Shown: positions 1 to 9,565 of the stretch, in pieces | Layout: each line of letters starts with the position of its first letter | How positions within the stretch are numbered: position 1 is the stretch's first letter | IMG/VR virus record: IMGVR_UViG_3300045988_129469 | Location: 1 to 39,805 of that record | DNA: 39,805 nt | Source of the DNA: a virus | Reading direction: 5' to 3' (one strand) | Position numbers and translations under genes: made by a program | Notes under the pieces: model-generated | What the model was told of the DNA's origin: nothing | The model's input: the letters and a program-made list of their open reading frames with translations, nothing else | The model's database searches: none

Positions 1-141
1 AGCCAGTTATTGACCTCCACGATTATGCGGTGATACCAGTCCCCAATCTCGGTATCTGCACGCCCTTTCACGCCACCAATGAGGACGTGCTTTGTGGGTG
101 ATGCGGCAATCATTTCCACCATGCGGATATACCCGGCAACG
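1..141. repeat. Terminal direct repeat, copy 1 (identical to 39665..39805)
   Basis: Base-by-base comparison of both ends: 141/141 identical. Confidence 0.99.
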
Positions 142-1163
142 AGGTGACCACGCAGGTCATCCTCCGGGATATTCTTCACCGAGGAGCGCTTATCGTTACC
201 GCCGGAGACGATGATGTGGGTGGCGTATGGGTCGAAGACGGTACGAGACTCCAACGGTTTCGGCTCGGAAACTTTAACCTCATTGCCAGCAACTTCGCGG
301 GTAAACCGGGCGCCAACAAAGCCGCCACCTTCAACCGAATTAGAGTACTCAAACGTGCCCTTGACACCGGCATAGGTCATTGGCACTTTGCCCTGCGACA
401 TCATGCCCACGTCTGCCCCATGCAAGTTCAACATCACCGGCGACGTTGTAGCGGGAATCACCCCACCCTCCGGGGTGGCCCACAGCCTGATGCCACCCAT
501 GCGCAAAAGCGCATTATCCAGAGTGGAACCACCCACCGCGTTTTCTACCACGCCCTGGCGCAGCACGTTCTTCAGCCCGTCTGCCATACGCTGGCCAGGG
601 TCACCACGGTCAATACCAGAATCACCCCACAGCGTAATCGGCTTAGACGCGTCCCACTGCCCCACCACGCCAGCACCGCCGGTAGTAGGCTCACCACCCA
701 ATGCGGCAGCAGCGCCGAAAGCAATAGACGTAGCCACACCCAACGTCGGGCGCTGCGCAATACTACTGTTTAGTCCTGCCCATGCTTCGCTAGTCTTTTG
801 GTCCACATAAGAGTCAATCTTTGTGGTCGCATTAGATAAAGCGTCCGTGTAGTCAGTTATTCCGTTCGGGCCGAGTGCGTTTACTACTGCCTCCCACAGG
901 GTGGTCATGCCTACGGCGGCGACAAACTTAATGCTTTCGCTCCACCCTGGGCCGTCAATGTAGAGCCACCCGATTCCGGCGACGGTGTTGACCGTTACCC
1001 TGCCGTCTGTATCTAGTGTGACTTGGTGGGGCTGGCTGGTTGTAATTTCTACATCGGGTCCAGGCCGGTACGCGGGGGCTTTGACGGTGCAGGTTGAAAT
1101 TTCTTGTACTGGCCGGCTGGTGATGTCCGCAAGGCGGCCGGTTAAGGTTACTGTGCGTGCCAT
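1..1163 (-). CDS. Minor tail protein with SGNH/GDSL-hydrolase domain, first 387 codons. The ORF runs off the left edge and continues at 39664..39328.
   Basis: ATG at 1163 preceded by AAGGA. Every in-frame triplet from 1163 down to 3 was checked and none is a stop. Translation carries SGNH blocks I-III (ITLWGDSG, ENAVGGSTL, IIVSGGNDK). Absent from the ORF track because it has no in-window stop. Confidence 0.8.
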   Translation of the reverse strand, partial: MARTVTLTGRLADITSRPVQEISTCTVKAPAYRPGPDVEITTSQPHQVTLDTDGRVTVNTVAGIGWLYIDGPGWSESIKFVAAVGMTTLWEAVVNALGPNGITDYTDALSNATTKIDSYVDQKTSEAWAGLNSSIAQRPTLGVATSIAFGAAAALGGEPTTGGAGVVGQWDASKPITLWGDSGIDRGDPGQRMADGLKNVLRQGVVENAVGGSTLDNALLRMGGIRLWATPEGGVIPATTSPVMLNLHGADVGMMSQGKVPMTYAGVKGTFEYSNSVEGGGFVGARFTREVAGNEVKVSEPKPLESRTVFDPYATHIIVSGGNDKRSSVKNIPEDDLRGHLVAGYIRMVEMIAASPTKHVLIGGVKGRADTEIGDWYHRIIVEVNNW

Positions 1164-1166
1164 GGG

Positions 1167-1523
1167 TTAGTTTCCTTTCTCTATTTGTCCGGTCGCCCCG
1201 TTGAAGAGTCGCCAGTTTGGCTGCAGCGGGGGCTTTTTTGATGTGCCGTCCCAGTAGAGGACGAGGGGGAGGTTGTTCAGGGTTTCGGTGGGGACGTATT
1301 TGGATAGGTCGGGCTGTTTCTTCCCTTCGAGTGCGGCCACTCGTTTGGAGAGCTCGCTCATGCCGGTGTTGGCGGAGTCGGATTGTGCGGCGATTTGGGC
1401 GAATACTTTTCCGGCTTCTTTGCCGGTGCTTTCGGAATCAGTGACGAGGTTTTCAGCGTCGTGTCTTCCGTCGATGATGTAGTTCTTTTCGACACCATCA
1501 CCGGCGTTGGGGTTAATGCCCAT
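1167..1523 (-). CDS. Hypothetical minor tail / fibre-associated protein (118 aa)
   Basis: ORF within the tail-tip gene block, tightly packed (11-nt overlap with the upstream gene). No recognisable motif. Confidence 0.6.
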   Translation of the reverse strand: MGINPNAGDGVEKNYIIDGRHDAENLVTDSESTGKEAGKVFAQIAAQSDSANTGMSELSKRVAALEGKKQPDLSKYVPTETLNNLPLVLYWDGTSKKPPLQPNWRLFNGATGQIEKGN

Positions 1524-2106
1524 CGTCTAGCTCCTCCATTGCTTTCAGGCGCTCCAAGCGCATCGCCTCGGCAGCGAGCTGGGATAACTCCAACGCGGTG
1601 AGACCGTCAAGCGTCTTAGGGGCCGGGGTGGTGGACTGGGCACGAGCACGCCTAGCCCCCACGGGTATCCACGCGACCTGTTCGCCTGGTGTGCCGTTGC
1701 CGCCTAGTGGGTCGAGTTTCACCGCCGGGCCAAGCACTACGGTCACGTCATACAGGCCGGGCTTAGTAAACGTGCCAGTCAGGGTGCCGTTGTGGCGGTG
1801 TAGTTCAATCCCTGGCGGGAGATGCCCCTCAACGATGCGTACGCCACGACGGTCGGCACCTGGAATCTGGAAGTCCAGCCCCTCGCCCACCGTGGCACGC
1901 TCACGGTCACTATCAGTGGCGAAATCAATCGCCCACCCAAGCGTGACAGTCTCCGGCTCCCCCACCTGAAAGCGGGCACCTAAATCGTCAAAGATGTGCC
2001 GCGCCACGGCAGACTCACGCCCCTCCGGCACAACCCCCAGAAACAGGCCCGCGTACGGGTGCTCTGACTCCGGCACCTCTGTCGGCACAATGTAGCGGTA
2101 ATCCAC
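1513..2106 (-). CDS. Minor tail protein with putative Ig-like (He_PIG-type) segment
   Basis: The string HLPPGIELHRHNGTLTGTFTKPGLYDVTVV resembles the 'LP.GL.....G.ItGTPT..G.Y' putative-Ig repeat. Position is after the Tal-like gene. Confidence 0.6.
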   Translation of the reverse strand: MDYRYIVPTEVPESEHPYAGLFLGVVPEGRESAVARHIFDDLGARFQVGEPETVTLGWAIDFATDSDRERATVGEGLDFQIPGADRRGVRIVEGHLPPGIELHRHNGTLTGTFTKPGLYDVTVVLGPAVKLDPLGGNGTPGEQVAWIPVGARRARAQSTTPAPKTLDGLTALELSQLAAEAMRLERLKAMEELDDGH

Positions 2107-2108
2107 GT

Positions 2109-3743
2109 TTATCCTCCCTTTGTCACGGCCAGCCGGCCAATCACAGCGCGAATATTCTCTTTATTGGCCTGGTACAGCTCACCCGGCGACGCGAGCGAGG
2201 AGTAATCACCAATGCGCAGCGTCCAGCCGACCTCATTGCCGGGCTTAGAAGTCCACGTCAACCCACTGACGTAGGCCGCCCACACCACACCCCACGCGGT
2301 AACACCAATGGTGTCGCCAAGGTCGAAATCACGCCCCGGCAAATACGGGTCGGGGTTATCGATGGAGAACTCGGCGGAAATGCCGCCCTCCGTCTCCTGC
2401 TTCGCCTGCCACGCCTTCTGCAGCGATTCCACCGTGTTGGCTTCACCAGTTTTGGAAATAGCCGTGAAACGAGACCGGCCATAGTGGAATTGGCGATTCT
2501 TATCCACGTACTCGTTGAGGACGAACAAGCGGTCGGCAGACATCTCCGCCAGCAGCTCACTGCCGCCCTTAATCAACTCCGCTGCCACAGGGCCAAGCCC
2601 CGGAACGGCAGCAATCGCCGCTGCAAACGCGGACTTGATGCCAATGTTCGTAGCCTTATTCACCATGTCCGGAGACTTACCGCCCACTAGCCAGCGGTGA
2701 TCCGTTGACTTGCGCAGATTCACATCCAGTGCGTCCATGAGTGTGTAGACCACCCACGGGCGCCGCCCATCCGAATTGCGAACATCCACGTCCGCAAACT
2801 CCGTCGTAGAAGTAATGAAATCGTCGCTACTAATCGTCCGCTTCAACTGGCGGAAAGCCTGCCCAACAATGCCGGCCGCGCCCGTCACCGTAGCCCTAGG
2901 GGCGAAATCAATAATCGTCGTCGGCAACGAGAGCGTCGTATAAGACGGGAAGGGCTGCGGGTCGCCCGGTAGCCACAGCCACGCAAACGGTTGCACGCCT
3001 GCCGCTGCCCACGTTGCTTTGAGTAGGTCCCAGGCGTTATCCCAACGAGCGGACACCACACACCATTCGGACTTGTTGCCCGACATGACCGGTGAGCAAA
3101 TCACCGGGTGCATCGATGGATTAAAGCCGCGCCACTGGCTGGGGTCAGTGTATCCCGCTGTCCACGCGAACATGTTGTCCAGCAGGCTTGGCTGCTGGTA
3201 GCCAATGAGATTTCGGCCAATGAGTTTGCGGGAGACTTTTTCGGCGCTGCCGTCTTGGCGGTCCTCCCACTGCAACTGAACCACTTTGCTGCGGTTGGAC
3301 GGGTCCGCCCACAGCGGCAGGTGCTTTAGGTGCTCCATCGAGTCCACACCCGTGAGCTCTACCTCGGCGGGATTGCCCTGCGGGTCACCACCACGAGGAT
3401 TAATTTCAAGGATGCGGTAGCAGCGTCGTTTAAGACCGGGGCGTTCCACCACGACATGTACCGCGCCGTGAATAAGCGCATCCAGGCTCCCGCCACGGTC
3501 GAGGTTGCGCAAATCGTCACGCAGCAAATGGTCCACCACGGGGTTGACCACACCCGGCGAAATCTCACCCGGCAAGGTCATGGACATATTGCCCACGTCC
3601 GCAAAAATGCCACCCCACTCGGCCTCCAGCCAATCCTCAATATCGAGCACCGGCTCCCAATTCTTGTCATACAGGCCGACGTACTGCCCGTGGGCTTGCA
3701 TGACCTCTTCACGGTGGGCCTTATGCTGTACCCAATCAACCAT
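2109..3743 (-). CDS. Tail-tip protein in the Tal position (544 aa)
   Basis: Large ORF directly after Dit. GGAGG lies 6 nt before the ATG. Synteny is TMP-Dit-Tal. The family call is by position only. Confidence 0.65.
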   Translation of the reverse strand: MVDWVQHKAHREEVMQAHGQYVGLYDKNWEPVLDIEDWLEAEWGGIFADVGNMSMTLPGEISPGVVNPVVDHLLRDDLRNLDRGGSLDALIHGAVHVVVERPGLKRRCYRILEINPRGGDPQGNPAEVELTGVDSMEHLKHLPLWADPSNRSKVVQLQWEDRQDGSAEKVSRKLIGRNLIGYQQPSLLDNMFAWTAGYTDPSQWRGFNPSMHPVICSPVMSGNKSEWCVVSARWDNAWDLLKATWAAAGVQPFAWLWLPGDPQPFPSYTTLSLPTTIIDFAPRATVTGAAGIVGQAFRQLKRTISSDDFITSTTEFADVDVRNSDGRRPWVVYTLMDALDVNLRKSTDHRWLVGGKSPDMVNKATNIGIKSAFAAAIAAVPGLGPVAAELIKGGSELLAEMSADRLFVLNEYVDKNRQFHYGRSRFTAISKTGEANTVESLQKAWQAKQETEGGISAEFSIDNPDPYLPGRDFDLGDTIGVTAWGVVWAAYVSGLTWTSKPGNEVGWTLRIGDYSSLASPGELYQANKENIRAVIGRLAVTKGG

Positions 3744-3746
3744 GCT

Positions 3747-4556
3747 TTACCTCCACGGGCTCAAGTAGCGCGGGGTGACCTCTAGGGTCAGGCCCGCGCC
3801 CAGTTGGAAACTATTCTTTGTGTGTGGCTGCAGCGTCTCCCCTACGAGCACGCCGCGCAGCGAAGACCACGTGCCAGAATCAACCACGCCATTGGCGTCG
3901 GTGACCTGGCCTTGCATGCCGCGCTCCAAATCAATCCACCGAGTGCCCGGGCCACTGCCCAAGCTGACACGCAGCCCGCTAGGCAAGGTGAAACTGGTTG
4001 AGCGCCCATCCCATTTCAGGCGAAGTTTCGGCGGCAAATCACCCGGAACCGTCACAGTGACGTTACCCGTGTATGTCCTAATACCCCCAGACCAGACGCC
4101 AGAAAAGTTCTCCCACTTAATCTCATCCTCCATAACGTGCAACCCCACGAAAGAAGACGGCAGCGGAGCAGCGTCCGCCAGCACAACCTCAATCTCCGAG
4201 GTATGCCCGTCGCGCCACTCCACCTTCAGCTTCCCCGGCTGGGTGTATGACCAGGCCGCACGCCACCGCCGGAAAGCCACCGACAAATCCTCAACATCAT
4301 CAGTTACGAGAACGTTCAGACTGCCGGAAATCGGTGGAACCTTAAACCCCGTGCGGCGCACACCGTAGCGCGTCACCGTCTCATGGGTCGTATGGTCCAC
4401 CTTCCCCTCACCACCGTCAAAGCCTTCCGCCAAGAGGAGGACGGACTGCTGCCCACGCTGGTGAGGGTCAGCAATCCGAAACTGGTCACCAGAGGGGGCG
4501 ACCACCGTAATAGTTATCGGGTCACGGTAAATGGACCGCGAGTTGAAGAACCCCAT
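3747..4556 (-). CDS. Distal tail protein (Dit-position, 269 aa)
   Basis: Start overlaps the TMP stop (TAATG). Canonical position immediately downstream of the tape measure. Confidence 0.7.
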   Translation of the reverse strand: MGFFNSRSIYRDPITITVVAPSGDQFRIADPHQRGQQSVLLLAEGFDGGEGKVDHTTHETVTRYGVRRTGFKVPPISGSLNVLVTDDVEDLSVAFRRWRAAWSYTQPGKLKVEWRDGHTSEIEVVLADAAPLPSSFVGLHVMEDEIKWENFSGVWSGGIRTYTGNVTVTVPGDLPPKLRLKWDGRSTSFTLPSGLRVSLGSGPGTRWIDLERGMQGQVTDANGVVDSGTWSSLRGVLVGETLQPHTKNSFQLGAGLTLEVTPRYLSPWR

Positions 4557-7500
4557 TACATTGCACCTCCCCTAGTCGTGCCAGCTACAGCCACGCTCGT
4601 ACGGCGCCGCAGCTTGCCAATTTCCTCGGTGTTAATAGTGACCTCACCTTCGACCTTGTCTACGCGCTTACGCAGCACTTCCTGGCCGTCAAGGTTGATA
4701 ACCACCGTCGTGCCAGCACCACCGTCACGCTGCTTCGGCATTTCCTTATACACAAGGTCATCGAAAGCGCGAGTCTGCTGCGGCGACAGAACACGCTCCG
4801 GCGCCACAACGTCCTTCGGAAGTAGACCCTTGCCGTAACCAAGACCGCCCCGGTCAAACACACCGGAACGCTTCGCCAGCTGCAGACCACGCCCCATTTG
4901 TCCGGCGTACCGGTCAGGGAATGCGGACACCTGTACACCCTGCGCCACAGCGCCCGGGTCCATGCCCTTCCAGTTCGGGAACTTACGCAGCATCACGTCA
5001 AAGAACATGCCCGCACTGTCGTACGGCGTCATCCTTTGCTTCACCGTGCCCCACGCGCCGTTATCACGCTGCTGGAAAAGACCCACAGAATCGTAGTCCG
5101 AACCAACAGCGTCATGCCGGAACTTCAAGGACTCCGGCACAGCGCGGTTCGCCCACATTTTGAGCGGGCTACCCGACTCCACCAGCGCCGTCGCCAGACC
5201 AATCTTCGCACCGTGCACGTCCAACTTGTGATCCTTGGCCGAGCGTGCAATCTCGTGCGCAAAGAAAGGCTCGCCCCACTGCGGTGCCTTTTTCTTCGGC
5301 TTCGGCGGTGCGAGCTGCGGGTCTTTAGCCATCTTCGCTTCCGGCATAGTGGCGACTGCATCGGACTCAATCGCCTGGGCGTTCTTCGCGGCCACATTGG
5401 TGCGCGGCTGCTCCTTGACCTGCTTAGTCGTGACGATACTGTCACCGTTTGGCAGCAGGTCTTTGCCCTTGGTGGTCAGCAGCTTCTTGATGGTGGAATC
5501 TTTCATTCCCAGCATGTCGAAGATGCCGTCTACCGCGAAGTCCAAAATGGACTGGTCTCCCAGCCCCTTCGCGGCGGTGGCCTTGGCCGCGTCCTCCGGG
5601 GACAACGCAACCGTGACCGTGTTCTCGCCAGTGCTACCCGCGGTGGTTTCATCGGCACTTACAGAGACGGGAACGCCGTCAATGGTCATGGTGCTGCCGT
5701 CCGGGATGGCATTCTGGTCGAGAATTTTGTTCATCTTCGGCGGCTTCGGCGGCTTGATGGTCTTATAGAAGAACTCGTTGAAATACGAGTCCCACGCGCC
5801 AGCGGCACGGCCACCAATCTGACCGTTACCACGACCGCCACCCATCTCAATGTTGGTGCCGTCCGGCAGAGTACCCGCGGTGTGACCGCCGGCAGGCCCG
5901 CCGTTCTTGAAGCCGATACGCAGGTCACCCTTCTTGCCACGCCCGTGGCGGAAGCCGTGCGAGGACAGCCACGCAGCTTCATTGCCAGTAGCGAACTTAC
6001 GAGGGAACGGGCTAATTCCAGCAGCAAACGCAGCTACAGCGGACATGGCGCCAGAGCAGTCGCCCCAGTTTGAGCCGCCCCACACGTAGGGAGCACCCTC
6101 TAGGGAACGCGACGCCTGGTGCCCGTTGGCAGGACGTCCTTCCACGAAATCACGCAGGCTTTTGACCGTGATTCCGCCGTTGGCGAAATACTGCGTTCTA
6201 GCCGGGGCAACCTGGGAAGACGTACCCGGCTTAACCGGCTCGCCCTTCTTGTCCACAACCGTCAGGCCGAAAATATCGGCAGTCTTGGCAAGAATCTGGG
6301 TAGACCGCTTCCGCTTCGACTTGGCTAGTGGGATGTAGGACTCGCCGCCGGTTTCCGGCTCCGCCCAGATTCGCCACTCGCCGCCCTTAGCAATCTGCGC
6401 CTTGTGCTGCTCTTTCGAGCCGCCGTTAGCGTAGCGCTCTAGCTTGTCGATGCCGCCGTCAATGTAAGCGCGGGTGATACCACCCTGCGCCATGTAGACA
6501 CCGCCGTCCATGAAGCCAAGCATGCCGCGAATCTTGTCCGGCATAACCGAACCAATCGCGTTACCAACCTGGCCAAACATCGACTTAATACCATTAATCA
6601 AGCCCGAAATGATGTTCTTACCAGCATTAACCAGCCACGTGCCAGCAGAAGCGAATACGCCTTGGACCTTGCCCGGAATCTGGCCCAGCACGCCCATCAT
6701 CTCGCCAATCTTGCCGCGAACCGTGCCAACCATCCGGCCAATAGCCTGACCAAACGACGCAGCCACCCGCTTCGCATTCTCGAAGATGGACTTAAAGAAG
6801 TTCATCGCCGAGTTGATAACGCCGTGGACGATATTGGAAATCGCCTGGCCCATCGAGCTGAAACGATTACGAATATTCGCGAAATTACCCGTCAGAACGT
6901 CCGCCAGCAGGCCGGCCGCGTTACGGAAGAAATTCCACGTTGGCTTAATGACTCCATTCCAGATACTGGAGATTACGCTGCCCATTACACGGAACGCGCC
7001 GCCAATCACGGCAGTGAACACCGAGGCAACGAACGTACCCACGGCCTGCGCAACCGACATGAACAGCGACAGAATAGGCTGAATAATCCCAGACCATACG
7101 GAAGAAATGACGCTGCCGACGAACTGGATAGCCGTCCAAATTCCGTTGAAAGCTGCGGACACAACAGAGCCCAGGAACTGGAAGCCCATCATCATGGCAT
7201 CGACAATCGGCGCAATCCAGGTTTGATAGAACTGGCCGAAGCCAGTAGTAAATTCGGCCCACTTTTCCTGCATGCTATTCCACGCGTTAATCGCAGTAGT
7301 TTGCAAAACGAAAAAGGCCGCTTTCAGGAACTCCACAACCGGAGCAATCCACGTTTGGTAGAACTGCCCGAACCCGGTCGTGAACTCCGACCACTTGGCC
7401 TTCATATAATCCCACGCGGCGACAGCAACATTCTTCAAATCCACGATGCGGTCGCGGAAGAACGTCAACGCCGTAAAGATTGGGGAATCTTCACTAATAC

Positions 7501-9556
7501 CGAGCGCGGCGGCATAGTCAGTCGTGTCACCTGTCTTCAGGAAATCAAGGGCGCCGGAGAAAATCTGCTTCACACGGTCGACCGCGCCAGTGACCTTCTC
7601 TACTGTGGCGTCCCACGCGCCAGAAATCATGTCACCAATCTGGGAAAACACCGGGCCAAAAGTAGACTGAACCCAATCCAGGCCAGCCTTAAACTTTTCG
7701 ACCACCCAATCCCAGCCGGCGGCCAGAGCATGGGTGAAAGCGTCCCACATGTTCCGGCCGATTTCCGTCTTGGTGAAGAATGCCCACAGTGCTACGCCGA
7801 CCGCGGCCACCGCGGCGACCACTGCAAGAATTGGGGCAATCGCTGCAGCCTGGGCCGCGACATATCCCCACATGGACATCTCTGCAGCGGCAGCGGCGCC
7901 GCTAATCGCAGTAAAGATTGGAGCCACGGTCGCCATCGCCACAATTGCAGCAGCGGCAATTCCTACGGCAGTACCCAAAGCGATAAACGCCTTCGGATGC
8001 CGACCGATAACACCGGCGAGAACTGCCCCCTTCGAAGCAAGCTCCGCAAACATCGGCAACAAACCAGTACCAATGGCTTCCTTAGCATCATTGAACTTCG
8101 CCGTTGCTACCTGCTGTTTGTGCGCAGCTGTGTCACTTTCACGACCGAATTGTCCCTGCGCGTCGGCAGTCTGCTCCGTAAGCATTTCCAGCATCGTCTG
8201 TGCCTCGGCCTGCTTCGCCGCCGCCCCCGTCAACCCGTCCAGGCCCTTTGCTGCCATGCGCGCATTAATGTCAGACTTCTTAAGCGACACGCCGTATCGC
8301 TCAATAGGGTCAGCTTCGCCACGCATAAGCGCATTCACGGCTTCGATAGCGTCCTTGGTAGATCCACCAAAGGTAGCCGCCAAGTCAGATGCCACACCAA
8401 CGAGATTCTGCGATTTCGACGCGACCTCGTCCATGGGCATGCCCATGTTCTTCAGCATCGCGCCCGTAGACGCGGTGAGTTCGCGGTACTCGCGCCCAGA
8501 CAGACCTACCGCTTCGGCAGCACCCTTAGACGCGGAAATAATTCCCTGGGCGTGGTCACCAAAGATAGATTCCACAGCACCGTAGGACTGCTCTGCCTCC
8601 GACGCGTAAGCAATCGACTCTTTAGCGATGAGACCAATACCGCCCAGTGCGGCAGTGGCATGCACCTTGTACTTACCGGCGAAATCAGCGGCTTTGCCCG
8701 CGGCACTCTTGAACGAGTCGCCCATGGTCTTCGTCTTTTCAGCAGCCCGCTGCGAAGACCGGGACAGGTCCTCCTGCACGGCTTTCAAGCTAAGTTCCTT
8801 GGCTTTCAAGGTATCGGCAGCGCTTTGAGATTCCGCACGGGTTCGCTTTACTCGCCCCTCGGCGGTAGCTACCTGGTTGTTAGCCGTGGCCGCCTGCTTC
8901 TTCGCGGTCTCGAGTTGGCGCTCCGCAGCGGCAGTCTGCTTAGTATTCGCGCCGTAACGGTCGCGAGTATCCATAAGATTCTTCTCGGCAGCAGACACCG
9001 CGTCAGACTTCGACTTCGCGTTAGCTCGTGCCTCATCAAGCTGAATCTCCGCGGTGCGGATCTTCGCCGACGCAGTCTGCTGCGACGTGCGGGCATTCGC
9101 CAGCTGGTCTTCCGCACGAGCCAGCGCAGTGGACTTAGTCTGCCCACCGCTGCGGGCGGCGTCTAAGTTCTTCTCCTCACGAGACACACGCACAGCTGCA
9201 TCGGCCTGCTTGTTCTTCGCCGTCTCGAGCTGCTGCTCCGCCTTCGCGAGCTCCGAAGCCTTGGCATTGCCAGAATTACGTAGGTTCTCGAGCTTCGCTT
9301 CCGCAGTTCCCACGTCTGCCGCCGCCTGGGCCTCAGCCTTACGCGCCGTCGCGAGCTTAGTGGAGACTTGGGAGACTTTCGCCGCAGACGCCTGCAGCCC
9401 ACTAGCCATGGACTCGCCGGCGCGCTTACCACTTGCGGCGAACTCCTTCTCGACAATCTCGCCGCCCTTTTTCGCCGCGCCCGATGCTTCCTTTACCAGC
9501 GTGCCGATGAAACCCTTCATCTCGGCGTTTACTGGTACCCACACGGCATCGGACAT
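4556..9556 (-). CDS. Tail tape measure protein (1666 aa) with embedded NlpC/P60-like and SLT/lysozyme-like domains
   Basis: Longest ORF. Ala/Gln-rich coiled-coil N-terminus and a hydrophobic central block. Motifs YVWGG..WGDCSG...GGHTAG (aa 1157-1226) and VESGS...VGLFQQR (aa 1459-1497). Confidence 0.95.
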   Translation of the reverse strand: MSDAVWVPVNAEMKGFIGTLVKEASGAAKKGGEIVEKEFAASGKRAGESMASGLQASAAKVSQVSTKLATARKAEAQAAADVGTAEAKLENLRNSGNAKASELAKAEQQLETAKNKQADAAVRVSREEKNLDAARSGGQTKSTALARAEDQLANARTSQQTASAKIRTAEIQLDEARANAKSKSDAVSAAEKNLMDTRDRYGANTKQTAAAERQLETAKKQAATANNQVATAEGRVKRTRAESQSAADTLKAKELSLKAVQEDLSRSSQRAAEKTKTMGDSFKSAAGKAADFAGKYKVHATAALGGIGLIAKESIAYASEAEQSYGAVESIFGDHAQGIISASKGAAEAVGLSGREYRELTASTGAMLKNMGMPMDEVASKSQNLVGVASDLAATFGGSTKDAIEAVNALMRGEADPIERYGVSLKKSDINARMAAKGLDGLTGAAAKQAEAQTMLEMLTEQTADAQGQFGRESDTAAHKQQVATAKFNDAKEAIGTGLLPMFAELASKGAVLAGVIGRHPKAFIALGTAVGIAAAAIVAMATVAPIFTAISGAAAAAEMSMWGYVAAQAAAIAPILAVVAAVAAVGVALWAFFTKTEIGRNMWDAFTHALAAGWDWVVEKFKAGLDWVQSTFGPVFSQIGDMISGAWDATVEKVTGAVDRVKQIFSGALDFLKTGDTTDYAAALGISEDSPIFTALTFFRDRIVDLKNVAVAAWDYMKAKWSEFTTGFGQFYQTWIAPVVEFLKAAFFVLQTTAINAWNSMQEKWAEFTTGFGQFYQTWIAPIVDAMMMGFQFLGSVVSAAFNGIWTAIQFVGSVISSVWSGIIQPILSLFMSVAQAVGTFVASVFTAVIGGAFRVMGSVISSIWNGVIKPTWNFFRNAAGLLADVLTGNFANIRNRFSSMGQAISNIVHGVINSAMNFFKSIFENAKRVAASFGQAIGRMVGTVRGKIGEMMGVLGQIPGKVQGVFASAGTWLVNAGKNIISGLINGIKSMFGQVGNAIGSVMPDKIRGMLGFMDGGVYMAQGGITRAYIDGGIDKLERYANGGSKEQHKAQIAKGGEWRIWAEPETGGESYIPLAKSKRKRSTQILAKTADIFGLTVVDKKGEPVKPGTSSQVAPARTQYFANGGITVKSLRDFVEGRPANGHQASRSLEGAPYVWGGSNWGDCSGAMSAVAAFAAGISPFPRKFATGNEAAWLSSHGFRHGRGKKGDLRIGFKNGGPAGGHTAGTLPDGTNIEMGGGRGNGQIGGRAAGAWDSYFNEFFYKTIKPPKPPKMNKILDQNAIPDGSTMTIDGVPVSVSADETTAGSTGENTVTVALSPEDAAKATAAKGLGDQSILDFAVDGIFDMLGMKDSTIKKLLTTKGKDLLPNGDSIVTTKQVKEQPRTNVAAKNAQAIESDAVATMPEAKMAKDPQLAPPKPKKKAPQWGEPFFAHEIARSAKDHKLDVHGAKIGLATALVESGSPLKMWANRAVPESLKFRHDAVGSDYDSVGLFQQRDNGAWGTVKQRMTPYDSAGMFFDVMLRKFPNWKGMDPGAVAQGVQVSAFPDRYAGQMGRGLQLAKRSGVFDRGGLGYGKGLLPKDVVAPERVLSPQQTRAFDDLVYKEMPKQRDGGAGTTVVINLDGQEVLRKRVDKVEGEVTINTEEIGKLRRRTSVAVAGTTRGGAM
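7133..7396 (-). repeat. Two tandem 132-bp (44-codon) units inside the tape measure gene
   Basis: KWSEFTTGFGQFYQTWIAPVVEF / KWAEFTTGFGQFYQTWIAPIVDA. The DNA landmark gcaatcc occurs at 7212 and 7344, a period of 132. Confidence 0.85.
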
Positions 9557-9565
9557 GACGGCCTC

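Noticed and set aside
1-141. A physical direct terminal repeat (T7/T5-like DTR) as the explanation of the end duplication
   Set aside because: The repeat lies inside a coding sequence, far from the terminase/HNH packaging region. Its length equals a common assembler k-mer. Assembly closure of a circle is the more economical reading, but this needs read-level confirmation.
144-810. Plus-strand ORFs 144..773 and 388..810 at the left edge
   Set aside because: They are antisense to the uninterrupted minus-strand SGNH tail-protein frame, which has recognisable catalytic blocks.
6662-9166. 834-aa plus-strand ORF, the longest plus-strand ORF in the track
   Set aside because: It is entirely antisense to the tape measure gene. 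It is Arg/His/Leu-rich low-complexity sequence with no SD or start context. This is a typical high-GC shadow ORF.
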